From positions 7,006,001-7,070,000 of the forward strand of contig NC_043018.1 in assembly GCF_006345805.1 (NCBI RefSeq): 64,000 nt of DNA, read 5' to 3'. The stretch is from Octopus sinensis (taxonomy: Eukaryota). Shown here piece by piece: positions 52,171-64,000 of the stretch. The position numbers and the translations under genes are program-made. Under the pieces are notes generated by a model. That model was not told the DNA's origin. It did not search any database and saw only the letters and a list, made by a program, of their open reading frames with translations. Position 1 is the first letter of the stretch; each line of letters starts with the position of its first letter.

Positions 52171-53394
52171 GCACGCATACATATATGTATGCATACACAC
52201 ACACACCTGCTGCTGCTGTTATTATTTTTTCCTGATTTCCAAATTACTTATTAAAGAATCCGGGAGATTTTCTTCCATTAATTTGTCAGCTATACTGTTT
52301 GATTTTTTTTTTCTACTTATTGTATATTTTAATTGTGTTTTGATCTTGCATCTTTTTTACTTTTTTAAACTTTTTGTCCATTGTAATGTTATGTTTCCGC
52401 AGCATAATTATGTCTAGTAGCTATTTACGATATGGAAATTATAACGAATATAATGTGTGTTAATGAATTTTTAAAAGTTTGTTTAACAAACCTCTATTTA
52501 GTTTTTTTTTTATTTTTATTCATGGTGGTGATGGTGGTGGTTTCAAGCAATGGGTTTCAAGGGCACCACTTTCTTAGGCAAGAATAGTTGTTTTTACATT
52601 TATTAATTATTATTATTATTATTATTCCATTTTACACTACTCCAAAGAAAATCTCATTTCGTAATGCTTAAATCAATGTTCCTCAAAGAGAAAAAGGAAA
52701 AAGTAAGCACCCCACCAATAAAAAACAAAAACACAATGTCTTCACACTGTAAGTGACAAAAATAATAATAATGATAAAGATAAAAGTGTTGGTGACAGTA
52801 ATGATGATGATGATGGTGGTGGTGATTGTTAGCTAGGTTTAAGGAAGAAGAAAAAACTGGGTATGAGCACAGCTTGTGGCTGTTATGGTGAATGATAATT
52901 ATGTGATTTTATGGGATTTCTCCATAGAGACTGATCACTCTATTGAAGCAAGGAGACTGGGTATGATAATGGAGAACAGGGAGAGAGGTGGGAAAGAGGC
53001 AGAACAAACAGCATTAAGATCTTCACTTTACATTCCTTCATGATGGTGGAGTGGATGTCAAAGAAATTGGGGAAATAAATTGAGGAAATGGAAGAAATTG
53101 AGAAATAGCAGGACCTAGTCAGAGAGATGAAAAGATTGTGGAACGTCGTTGTAGATTTAACATCTGTTTTTTCCGTGCTTGCATGGGTCGGAGGAAAATT
53201 GTGATGGTGGGTTCTTTTACAACCAGATGCCTTTCCTGTTGCCAATCCTTGCTTGTTTCTATGTAAGGTAATATTTTCTGATGACCAGACATGTTTCCAT
53301 GGAAGATTGGAAATGGAGACGAGCATGACAGTGAGACTTGTTTACAACCATCATTCAATATCAAGGCAAGGAGACACCAAGACACACACACACA

Positions 53395-53905
53395 CTGGCT
53401 CAGGTGTGGCTGTGTGATAAAAAGTTTGCTTCCCAACCACATGGTTCTGTGTTCAGTCTCACTACGTGGCGCTTTGGGCAAGTGTCTTCTACTATAGCCT
53501 CGGGGCAACCAAAATTTTGTGAATGGATTTGGTATATGTAAACTAAAAGAAGCTCATCATATGTGATTGTGTCTGTGTTTGTCCCTCACCGCTACTTGAC
53601 AGCCAGTGTTGGTGTGTTTACATCCCTGTAACCTACCATAAGTACCATACTCTCTTTACTCTTTTACTTGTTTCAGGCATTTGACTGTGGCCATGCTGGA
53701 GCACTGCCTTTAGTTGGGCAAATCAACCCTAGAGCTTATTCTTTGCAAGTCTAGTACTTATTCTATCGGTCTCGTTTGCCAAACCGCTAAGTTACAGGGA
53801 CATAAACCCACCAGCATCAGTTGTCAAGCGATGTTGGCGGGGACAAACACAGACACACAAACATATACACACATATACATATATATATATACGACGGGCT
53901 TCTTC
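53395..53905. mobile_element. Two partial SINE family B copies, tail to tail
   Basis: + copy 53395-53640, - copy 53650-53905. Confidence 0.75.
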
Positions 53906-54359
53906 CAGTTTCCGACACATGGCTTAGGGGTCAGAGTGTTGGACGCATGATCATAAGATTGTGGTTTCGATTCCTGGGCTGGGTGGTGCATTTTGTTCTT
54001 GAGCAAAACACTTCATTTCAGTCCACTCAGCTGGCAAAACTGTGTAATCCTGTGAGGGACTGGCGTCCTGTCCAGGTGGGGTATATATACACTATGGAAA
54101 CTGGGGAACTGGCCCTCATGAGTCAAGAAGGTAACTTTACTTACTTTTACAGTGCTTGACAGGTACTTATTTCATTGACCCCCACCAAAAGGATGAAAAG
54201 CAAAGTCAGTTTGGGTGGAATTTGAACTCAAAATGTACAGATGAACAAAATGCCATTGAGCATTTTGTCTGGTAATGCTAACATCTCCTCCAGCTCACCA
54301 TCTTAGGATAATAATAATACTGATGATATGATGGCAGGGGGAGTGATGATGATGATTGG

Positions 54360-55230
54360 TTAAAATATTTAGCTGGAATACATAAGTTGATTGCAGAGAA
54401 GCTTAACGAGATGCTGACAGACCTAGAAAAAAACACATGAATGGCTCACATAAGGAAAATTTATTTAATCCCCTAGCCTACCAGAAACTCACAAAACTAC
54501 AGACCCATAACATGTTTACCTATAACCGACAAAGCCTTAACCACTACAATATCACAGAAAATAGGCAGACATTGAGAAGAAAACAACCTGTTTCCAGAAG
54601 AGCTGAAGGGATGCTGCAAAGGCTCATATGGCTGTAAAAGTTGGTTATTGTAAAGATCAGTTATCAACAAAGCCATAACTGAAAATTGCCAAAAGAAAAA
54701 GATGGGTCTGAGCATGGCTTGGATTGATTACCAGAAGGCCTCTGACAGTGTCTCCTAAACATGGTTTTGAAAACATGAGTAAGGTAGCAGGAACAGTAAT
54801 AGAATATATAAAACATGAGTAAGGTAAATGGTTGATATTCTGCAGCTCCAGACAAATTAGGGAGTTAAGAAACTAAACACATCCCCATTAGAAGAGGAAT
54901 ATTCTAATGAGAATTCCTCTCTCCTCTCGTTTTCTGTCTGGCACCAATGCCTTTAATCAATATGCTAAACGGTGGATACAGCTTTTATGGTAAAACAATC
55001 AACTATTTCTTGCATACAAATGGTCTTCAGCTGTATGCGGCAAATGATAAACAACTGGAAACATTGCTACAGACCGTATGGGGATTTATTAAAGAAATGA
55101 ATATGAGATTTGGCTCAGAAAAATGTGCGAGAGCAACCTTGAAGAGAAGAAAACTAATTAAGAATAGCAATATCATGCAAGATAAAGAAACTGAAATAAG
55201 AAAACTACAGTAAACAAAACTAAGGTAGCA
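54360..55230 (+). pseudogene. Decayed R4/Dong-clade LINE reverse transcriptase
   Basis: NYRPITCL, NNLFPEELKGC, LSMAWIDYQKASDSV, IPIRRGIF, INYFLHTNGLQLYA, MRFGSEKCA; many stops and frameshifts. Confidence 0.85.
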
Positions 55231-55529
55231 GAATAAAATGTAAAACTGTTTTTTGTTGCATGAGGCCCCAAGCAGATAATGAGGGTTTGGTGCAGCTCTT
55301 TGACTCACCATCTCCGATCAAATTGTCTGACCCATGTCAGCATGGATAACATACATTAAAGGATGATGATGAAATAAGCTGAAGGGAATGTGTGAGAAGA
55401 ACTGCGCAGCTGAAATGAAGCAGGGAGTTGGTACCAGGAGGGGAAGGTGTATGAAGGCGGAAGTAAGGGAGGGAGAAAGGGAAAGAGAGAGGGACAGAGA
55501 AGAAATAGATGGATAATAGTTATCAATCA

Positions 55530-55860
55530 TCATCATCATCATTTAACGTCCGTTTTCCATGCTAGCATGGGTTAGACGGTTCAACCGGAGTCTGGAAGCC
55601 ATGGAGGCTGCACCAGGCTCCAATCTGATTTGGCAGTGTTTCTACAGCTGAATGCCCTTCCTAACACCAACCACTCTGTGAGTGTAGTGGGTGTTTTTAA
55701 TGTGCCAGAGCTGGCTGGCAAACAGCCACGATCGGTTGGTGCTTTTATGTGTCACTGACACGGACGCCAGTAAGGCGGCGCTGGCATCTGCCATGTTCGG
55801 ACAGTGCTTTTTACGTGTCACCAGCACGGGTGTCTTAACTACAATTTCCATTTGAATTTT
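55530..55860 (-). mobile_element. Family D RTE 3' UTR copy
   Basis: Homology; (CAT)n tail on plus. Confidence 0.75.
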
Positions 55861-55864
55861 TATT

Positions 55865-56800
55865 TTGATGCAATATATATTTGAATAAATTAATTTTTAT
55901 TTTTAATATTATTAAACCATACTAATGAGTCTCTCGTACTACCCCATAGTTTTAATTGATTCAGTTTATTTAATTTATTGATACCACCCCTCCCCACTGG
56001 TGCTCCCCTAAATTTCGGCACCCCCCCCCACATAAAAAAGCATCATCCGAACGTGGCCGATGCCAGACCCCTCTGGCACCTGTGCAGGTGGCACGTAAAA
56101 AGCACCCACTACACTCGTGGAGTGGTTGGCGTTAGGAAGGGCATCCACCTGTAGAAACACTGCCAGACCAGACTGGAGCCTGGGGCAGTCCCTAGCTCCC
56201 CAGACCCCGGTCGAAACCGTCCAACCCGTTCTAGCGCGGAAAACGGACGTTAATCGATGATGATGATGATGATGATTTATCTAATATTATTTTACTCAGT
56301 TTACCTAGGTCAGATTTGCATGGGAAAATTACTCTGACTTCTGGGTCTGCGTAAAAATTATCTTTATGATCTTTTAATGTGATTCTTGGGTGCATAGGCA
56401 CATAAGGTTCTGTTTTATTATCCTATTTATATTTCATCCTTATTTCTTTTATATGTCTTATTTAAATTATAAAGGGTATTAGCTGGAACTATCTTATATT
56501 TTTTATTAATTTCTTTTTCTAAAAGACTACTGTATGTTACTATATTTAGTTTATATAAATTACTAGTTTTATCGGATTGTACTATAATGTCATCAGTACT
56601 TTTCATTTCTTTTATTTTAATAGCTAAGTTTCTTAAGTATTTGTTATACCTATTAGGGTATTTAATGTTTCTAGTTCCTTATTATACAGGGGTTCATTTC
56701 TAGTTTTAAATTTATTGCTAATATAATTATTTCTCTCTACTCCATTGGGTCATGGTTTAAAGATAGATGAAATTCCATTTGAAAGGATGGCTGGATTGTA
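55865..56800 (-). pseudogene. Decayed Penelope-like element RT N-terminal region, interrupted by a family D copy
   Basis: PRITLKDHKDNFYADPEVRVIFPCKSDLGKLSKIILDK (ITLKDHK at 56363-56383), continuing INKLNKLNQLKLWGSTRDSLVWFNNIKNKN*FIQ. Confidence 0.75.
56030..56275 (+). mobile_element. Family D RTE 3' UTR copy inside the Penelope-like RT
   Basis: Well-preserved family D with (TGA)n tail. Confidence 0.8.
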
Positions 56801-56845
56801 AAATTTTTTATATAATATTATGTTATATTATATTCAGCACAGATT

Positions 56846-56896
56846 TTTGTCAGTGAACAGGTCGCGGTCTTAAAGCGCCGAAAATATTTTGACAAA
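56846..56896 (+). ncRNA. Minimal type-I hammerhead-like motif with G3:C8 core
   Basis: UUUGUCA GUGAACA G GUCGC loop GCGCC GAA AAUAUU U UGACAAA. Confidence 0.55.
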
Positions 56897-57295
56897 TTAA
56901 ACTTAAATGTTGAAGTGAATCGAACGGGTTTTGTATGTTTCTTAAATGGCTTACAAACACCTTCCCACACTGCAATTGTTTTCGTTTCAGCACACGATTT
57001 CAGATCAAATCACTTGCTATGCAAGTACATCTCCGTAATATATTATATTCATAGAATACCATGTAATATAATATAAATAGATTATTGAATTGTCAATAGT
57101 ATCTCTCTGAATTATCTTTTGTAATTGCATTATACCAATTTTTATATGGTATTCAACTGACATACCAGTGAATTGGATGTTTAACACACCCCTTTGAAGG
57201 ATTTCTTTTCCTCAGTCTGTTACTGTGTATACATATATGTATGTACGTTTGTATGTACAAATAAACATATATACAGGTTCGTATGTGTCTATGTG

Positions 57296-57805
57296 TAGCG
57301 GTATTTCGTCTGTTGTTACGTTCTGAGTTCAAATTCCACCAAGGTCGACTTTGCCTTTCATCCTTTCGGGGTTGATAAATAAAGTACCAGTTACACACTG
57401 GGATCAATGTAATCGACTTAATCTTTTTGTCTGTCCTTGTTTGTCCCCTCTTTGTTTAGCCCCTCGTGGGTAGTAAAGAAATATATATATAACTGGTACT
57501 CCATCACTTACAACGATGAGGGTTCCAGGTGATCCGATAAGCGGAACGGCCTGCTCATGAAATTAATATGCAAGTGGCTGAGTACTCCACAGACACATTC
57601 ATACCCTTAATGTAGTTCTCAGGGAGATTCAGTGTGACACAGAATGTGACAAGACTGACCCCTTTTTAATTACAGCTGAGTGGACTGGAGCAATGTGAAA
57701 TAAAGTGTCTTGCTCAAGGATACAACACGTAGCCAGGAATTGAACTCATGATCACCATACAATCTTGAGCTGAACACCCTAACCTCTATGCCATGCACCT
57801 TCACA
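57296..57805. mobile_element. SINE family A monomer (+) followed by SINE family E (-)
   Basis: Homology to other copies. Confidence 0.75.
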
Positions 57806-57834
57806 CTATATATACATATGTGTATATATGTATG

Positions 57835-58245
57835 TCATCATCATCATCATCGTTTAACATCCGTTTTCCATGCTAGCATGGGTTGGACGGTTTGACCGGT
57901 GCCTGGGAAGCCAGGGGGCTGCACCAGGCTCCAGTCTGATCTGGCAGTGTTTCTACAGCTGGATGCCCTTCCTAACGCCAACCACTCCATGAGTGTAGTG
58001 GGTGCTTTTTATGTACCACTGGTACAGGTGCCAGTGAAGGCTGGCAGCGGCCACAATCGGTTGGTACTTTTATGTGCCACCGGCACAGAAGTCAGTCAAG
58101 GTGGCGCTGGCATTGGCCATGTTCGAATGGTGCTTTTTACATGCCACCGGCACAGAAGTCAGTCAAGGCGGCGCTGGCATCGGCCACGTTCGAATGGTGC
58201 TTTTTACGTGCCACCAGCACAGGTATCACAACTACATGCCACCGA
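57835..58245 (-). mobile_element. Family D RTE 3' UTR copy with ~69-bp internal tandem units
   Basis: tgccaccggcacagaagtcagtcaagg.ggcgctggcat repeated at about 58074 and 58142. Confidence 0.75.
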
Positions 58246-59869
58246 TGTGTGTATGTGTATATATTTGTACATGTGTGTATTTGAGTAGTTGTATATGTGT
58301 GACTGTATACATGTGTATGTACATGTAGCTGTGTATACATACAATGTGTGTAGTTGTGTGTGTGTGTGATGGGTAACCTGTGAGAGAGGAATGGGTTGAA
58401 ATAAACGAAGGACCAAAGGTCAAGACAGTTGTCATTGTTTTTCTTTCTCTTTCTACCCTCATTTTCTCTTACTCTTTTTTCTCTCATCTCTTTCTCCCTC
58501 CTCTCTCTCTCTTTCTCCTCCCTCTCTCTCAATAATTTCTTTTGTTTCAATTTTGTGTATTTTTTTACTGTATTTTTTATTGAGTTTTACTTTTTTTTTT
58601 ACAATTCCATCTTTGATTGCACTCTCCTCTCCATTTCTTCCATTCTAACCATTTAGCACCAGGCACCATCAATCACCTCATCAGTCAGGATTGACCTGGG
58701 GCTAACAACAACAACAACCACACCACACTGCATTCATGCACACATTCCTATGCACATATGCACACAACCATGTATACATGTATATGCACAAATATGTACG
58801 CAAACAAAAATACACCTCTGCATACATGTTCATACATGATCACATATACACACACATATACATGTATACATATACACATACTTTGTTTCATAAGTATGCA
58901 CATACACATATCTACACATAAATCACACACAATGTACACTTCTCTACATTTACACACGAGTGCACACACACACACAAAACACACACACACACATGTACTC
59001 AGGCGGATGCATATCAACACATACTAACATGTGCTCAGGTACACATGGAAACGCACCACACACTCATATATGCATACACACACATACACACTCACATACC
59101 CACACTCTCAGACTTTCTCTCTCTCTCACAAACACTCACCAACACACACACACATGCATGCACACACACACACACTTATGCATGCACACACATACACACT
59201 CATGCACGCATACACACATTGACACACTCTCATAAATACACACTCACATACCCACACCCTCAGACTTTCTCTCTCTCTCACAAACACACACACACTCACA
59301 CTCATGCATGCACACACGCACACACATACACACTCATGCATGCATACACACATTGACACACTCTCTGACACATGCTCACACACACACACACTCTCTCTCT
59401 CTTTCTCTCTCTTTCAGTCTCTCTTTCTCTCCTCTCTCTCACTCTTTCTCTCTGTCTTTGTTTCTCTCTTCCTTACTCTCATTCTCTCTCTTTTTCTCTT
59501 TCTCTCTCTCTCTCTCTCTGACACATGAACCCACACATACACTCACACACACACACCCAAAACACTCTCCTACTACCTCCACCCCACCCATCTTTCACAA
59601 ACTGCACCATTTTTCTTTAGAAGCAAAACAGGGAGGAAGAGGTGACCCTCTTTTAAAAATTACTGGGGTCACCCCCTTTTTTTAAAAAAAAAAAGTTAAC
59701 TTCCTTGCTTAATAACAGGAAGTAACCTATTTCCCTTGAGGTCAAATTGTGGGGAGAGTGGTGGGAGGGGGGGTAAAAAATAAACAAAAATTGCTTTGTC
59801 ATTTCAGGTGATGGGTGGGGAAGGTGTGGAATATAAAGGGGAAGGGGTTGAGATTTTTGAAATGTCAGT

Positions 59870-60130
59870 CTTGGGGAAGAAGAAGAAGTGAAAGACAAAG
59901 AAGATGAAGAAGAAATGAAAGATGAAGAAGTGAAAAAAGAAATGAAAGAAGAAAAAGTGAAAGAAGTGAAAGAAGAGGAAGAAGAAATGAAAGATGAAGT
60001 GAAAGATGAAGAAGAGGAAGAAAGAAATGAAAGAAGAAAAAGTGAAAGATGAAGAAGAAATGAAAGAAGAGGAAGAAGTGAAACATGAAGAAGAAAAGGT
60101 GGTGGCAGAAAGAGAAGAATACGATCAACA
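59870..60130. repeat. (GAA)n low complexity
   Basis: Direct inspection. Confidence 0.85.
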
Positions 60131-61621
60131 ACAACAACAACTACAACCTCAATAATGCTCATGATGATGATGATGATGTCATGTTGCGACAATGTCAGAA
60201 TCTTTGCAGGATGGACAGAGATGGAATAAGATGAAGACAATGGTTGCTGAGGGTGCCATGGGTGCCATTCTAGATTGGAGAGGTGGGGGGGAGAGTGAAG
60301 CAGAAGGAATTTAAAGTAATCACATGAGGTAAGCTTGTTATGTGCTAGTTTAATAATAATAATAATAATAATGGTAATTATGATGATGATGATGATGTGA
60401 GAGGAAGGAAGAGGAGGAAGAAGAGGGAAAGGTTGAAAGTGGAGGGGTGAAGAGGAGAGGAGGTGGTAGAAGATGTTAAAGTGGTAAAGGTCACCTGGGG
60501 ATGCAGGGCAGGCAGGAGGAAAAATTTTTCCGCTGTTAAATCTTGAAAGTGGAAAGGAACAAGAGAAGGAAAAATTAAAAGGTCAGGACAAATGTGTGTG
60601 TATATGTATGTATATGCGTATGTGTGTATATGTATGTGTGTGTGTGTATGTGCATGGATGTGTATGCGTGCATGTGTATGTGCATGTATATGTGTGTGTG
60701 CATGTATGTGTGTGTGTGCATGTATGCGTGTGTGTGTGCATGTATGCGTGTGTGTGCTTGTGTGTGCATGTATGCATGTGTGTGTGTGTGTGCATGCATG
60801 TGTGTGTGTGTGAGTATTATGGGGTATGTGTATTTCTTTGTGTGAATGTATGTGATTATGTATATACATGTGTATACGCTTGTGTGTGGTGTGTGTGTGA
60901 TTAAATTTGTGTATGGCTATTATGTTTATTTGTGTATGTGTGTGTGTATGTATTTTTGTGCATGTATATTTGTGTGTGTGTGTGTGTGTGTGTGTGCGTA
61001 TGCATGTAAAGATTCTTTTGGCCACTATATTCTAACCCCAGCCCCACCCACACTGACACTAACATCCTTCACTCATGTCCCACCACCACAACCACCAACA
61101 CCAACACCACCACTACCACCGCCCCACCGCTACCACTGCCACCACCACCACCACCACAACCATCATTCAGCCAACCAGCAAACTCCACCTAAAACTGATT
61201 TCACTTCCTGCAAGGAAGAAACCATCACAACATACACATACGTACACACGTGCACAATGCATGCAACACACGGGCATACACATACACACAGATGCATATG
61301 CACACACATACATATATGCATGCACCCACACACACACATATAACAAATACACCCGTGTGCATAGATACATGTGTGAACACACACACATGCACACTTACAT
61401 AAACACACATCTTACATAAATTCATGCATATACATGCATAGATGCTCACACATTACTTAAATATATGCATACATACACACACACACACACACACATACAT
61501 TGAGTGTTCACAAAGCATGCATACACACATTGAAAGATTAGAAAATCAGTGTTTATTACAATATTTTTGTATTTCAGGATGGTTTTCCTTCTTTTTTTTT
61601 TTGCCTAATAAACACACACTC

Positions 61622-62030
61622 ACTCTCTTTACTCTTTTACGTGTTTCAGTCATTTTAACTGCGGCCATGCTGGAGCACCGCCTTTAGTCGAGCAAATCGA
61701 CCCCGGGACTTATTCTTTGTAAGCCCAGTACTTATTCTATCGGTCTCTTTTGCCGAACCGCTAAGTGACGGGGACGTAAACACACCAGCATCGGTTGTCA
61801 AGCAATGCTAAGGGGACAAATACAGACACACAAACACACACACACATATATATATATACATATATACGACAGGCTTCTTTCAGTTTCCGTCTACCAAATC
61901 CACTCAAAAGGCATTGGTCGGCCCAGGGCTATAGCAGAAGACACTTGCCCAAGATGCCACGCAGTGGGACTGAACCCGGAACCATGTGGTTGGTTAGCAA
62001 GCTACTTACCACACAGCCACTCCTGCGCCT
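61622..62030 (-). mobile_element. SINE family B, full length, young
   Basis: CpG-intact copy. Confidence 0.9.
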
Positions 62031-62450
62031 GTATATTTTTTCTTCACTCATTTATTACTATTTTTATTTTAATATTTTAACTCATGTGTTCTGAGTTCAA
62101 ATTCCACCAAGTTCAACTTTGCCCATTCTGAGTTCAAATTCTACCAGGGCCAGCTCTGCCTTTCATCCTTTCGGGGGCGATAAATTAAGTACCAGTTGTG
62201 TATTGGGGGGGGGGGGTCAATCTAATCGACTGGGCCCCTCCCACAATAATTTTAGTCCTTGTGCCTAGAGCAGAAAAGATTATTTTAACTCATGTCCATT
62301 GTCCAGTGAAGAAAAAATATACAGTGCATGTGTTTATTTGGAGGGGGTGAAATGACCATCACAAAATACAACAATATCTGTTTCAACACATGATTTCACT
62401 TCAGGAATTTTTTTGAAACAAATTGATAAACATTTATTAAAATACATTTC

Positions 62451-62718
62451 TATTGTGTCTAGGGAGAGTCATTTTCTTTTTGTGCCTTATTATGTAGCAC
62501 ACTCACCGGTAAAATTTCCACGTTTTTCTTATTTTTATTGTCCTAAGATGCAACAAAAATTTTAGGACAATAAAAATAAGAAAAACTTGGAAATTTTACC
62601 GGTGAGTATGCTACATAATAAGGCACAAAAAGAAAATGACTCTCCCCAGATACAATAGAATATGCTTCAACACAGGAACTCATATAAAGAATCTTGCAAA
62701 CCAAATCCAAAAACGAAA
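62451..62718. mobile_element. Fold-back MITE, copy 3 (left-truncated, centre deleted) flanked by 13-bp direct repeats
   Basis: taaaatacatttc at 62438-62450 and 62719-62731; arms meet at 62547-62561. Confidence 0.85.
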
Positions 62719-62779
62719 TAAAATACATTTCATTTTCAGAATTCTATACAATCTACAGACAGAATTAAATTTGTTATGA

Positions 62780-63530
62780 ATGCCTACTTTCAAACTGATG
62801 ACGATTTTGATTCCTCACAAAGTTCTTTATGGCCCCTCCCTTAAGAAAGATCACCACAAATTCCTCATTTGTTACACTGGGAAGGACCACAGTTTCCTCA
62901 GTCAGTGGCACAATTCCCACCGATGAGGTCTCAGGACATTCTGGCAGTATACTGCAAACTGTCGCATTCTTTTTCTTCTTTTTTCTTGTCTTTGATACTC
63001 TAGGGGGCTGTTCCTTTGCTTTAACCAGAGGATTATCACTCCTTCCACAGCTTTAGGGTCCTTCGGTGAACAACCATTGTTGCCCATCTTCTTTCTTTTT
63101 TCCCCTTTTTTCCGGGGAGGACTCTACCTCTTCGACTACCTCCATTTCTCCCTCCAGGGGAGGAGCAGGGGTCTCTTCCTCAACCAACTGTTCCAGGACC
63201 CTACTCTGCTCCTAGGGACATTTCTTTTTGATGTGACTTGGTTCCAGGCACAGGTGACACTTGGTGGGGGCGTCCCTCAAGAATCACCGAGTACCTGCAA
63301 CCAGCCATTTTCAAAAAATCTGGAAAAACCAGATTCTTGGCTGATTGGGTCCACAGGGTCAAAACAGCTTTTGACCCAACCCAATCAGCCGTCAGCAAAA
63401 TTTTAACATTAAACAGCTTGGATCCGCTGCCACCCAGACCCCGGTGGATAGTGTCCTCTATTCACTCAGGTTCTATCCCGGGTGGCAACCCGCAGACCCA
63501 AGCTCTGAAATTTTGGGGGAGTGGGGAGGC
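62780..63530 (-). pseudogene. Tx1/L1-clade ORF1 (gag-like) remnant with CCHC zinc knuckle
   Basis: AWVCGLPPGIEPE...YSVILEGR then CHLCLEPSHIKKKC (63218-63259), C-x2-C-x4-H-x4-C. Confidence 0.75.
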
Positions 63531-63574
63531 CAGTCAATTGGATCGACTCCAGTGTGTAACTGGTATTTAATTTA

Positions 63575-63945
63575 AGGCGGCGAGCTGGCAGAAACATTAG
63601 CACGCCGGGCGAAATGCATTGCCGTATTTCGTCTGTCGTTACGTTGTGAGTTTAAATTCCGCCGAGGTCGACTTTGCCTTTCATCCTTTCGGGGTCGATA
63701 AATTAAGTACCAGTTACGCATTGGGGTCGATGTAATCGACTTAATACCTATGTCTGTTCTTGTTTGTCCCCTCTGTGTTTAGCCCCTTGTGGTTAATAAA
63801 GAAATAGTTACTTAATTTATCAGCCCTGAAAGGATAAAAGGCAAAGTTGGCCTTGGCAGAATTTGAACTCAGAATGTAAAGACAGACGAAATACTGCTCT
63901 GCATTTCGCCTGGTATGCTAACGTTTCTGCCAGCTCACTGCCTTA
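63575..63945 (+). mobile_element. SINE family A (head, unit), followed by an inverted fragment
   Basis: ggcggcgagctggcagaaac head; reverse-oriented piece at about 63810-63945. Confidence 0.8.
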
Positions 63946-64000
63946 TTTCCTAATATATATTATGCAGACTTGAAATGTATGCATTGAATGATTTCAAAAT

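Noticed and set aside
59630-59800. Cluster of GGAA and AGGTCA-like motifs with a short ggtgaccc/gggtcacc inverted repeat
   Set aside because: Short motifs occur by chance; an enhancer cannot be supported without conservation or chromatin data.
60205-60335. Plus-strand ag...gag|gtaagc exon candidate
   Set aside because: In-frame stops before the donor; no homology recognised.
980-61450. Numerous long Cys/Val, His/Thr, Tyr/Ile and Leu/Ser ORFs in the track
   Set aside because: They are translations of (TG)n, (CA)n, (TA)n, (CT)n and (TATC)n microsatellites and are open in several frames.

Overview
A 64-kb eukaryotic, AT-rich, microsatellite-saturated window with no recognisable intact host gene. 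The repeat landscape looks like an octopus genome (inference from family resemblance, not a database hit). Supported content: one intact tRNA-Gly(GCC) at 25422-25492 (-); dozens of copies of four SINE families (labelled A, B, C, E here); many 5'-truncated RTE LINE 3' ends (family D); decayed LINE pieces (RTE, R4/Dong-like RT and RLE, Tx1 ORF2 and ORF1, a Penelope-like RT); Tc1/mariner remnants (two mariners, one DD37D-spaced maT-like element with both ends); a fold-back MITE family; a Helitron-like element; degenerate minisatellites; and one 100-N gap. Almost all long ORFs in the track are microsatellite artefacts. The most interesting signal is a set of minimal type-I hammerhead-ribozyme architectures in several unrelated small repeats: a G3:C8-swapped core beside the Penelope-like RT, a U6-variant core in a TSD-flanked ~256-bp trimer (retrozyme-like), and a canonical core. 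Also notable: a possible pre-tRNA/SINE-tail retro-chimera, a Tx1 LINE in a (TATC)n array with a 425-bp fold-back, and recurrent palindromes whose arms share private variants. Coordinates of decayed repeats are approximate; no ribozyme activity is demonstrated.
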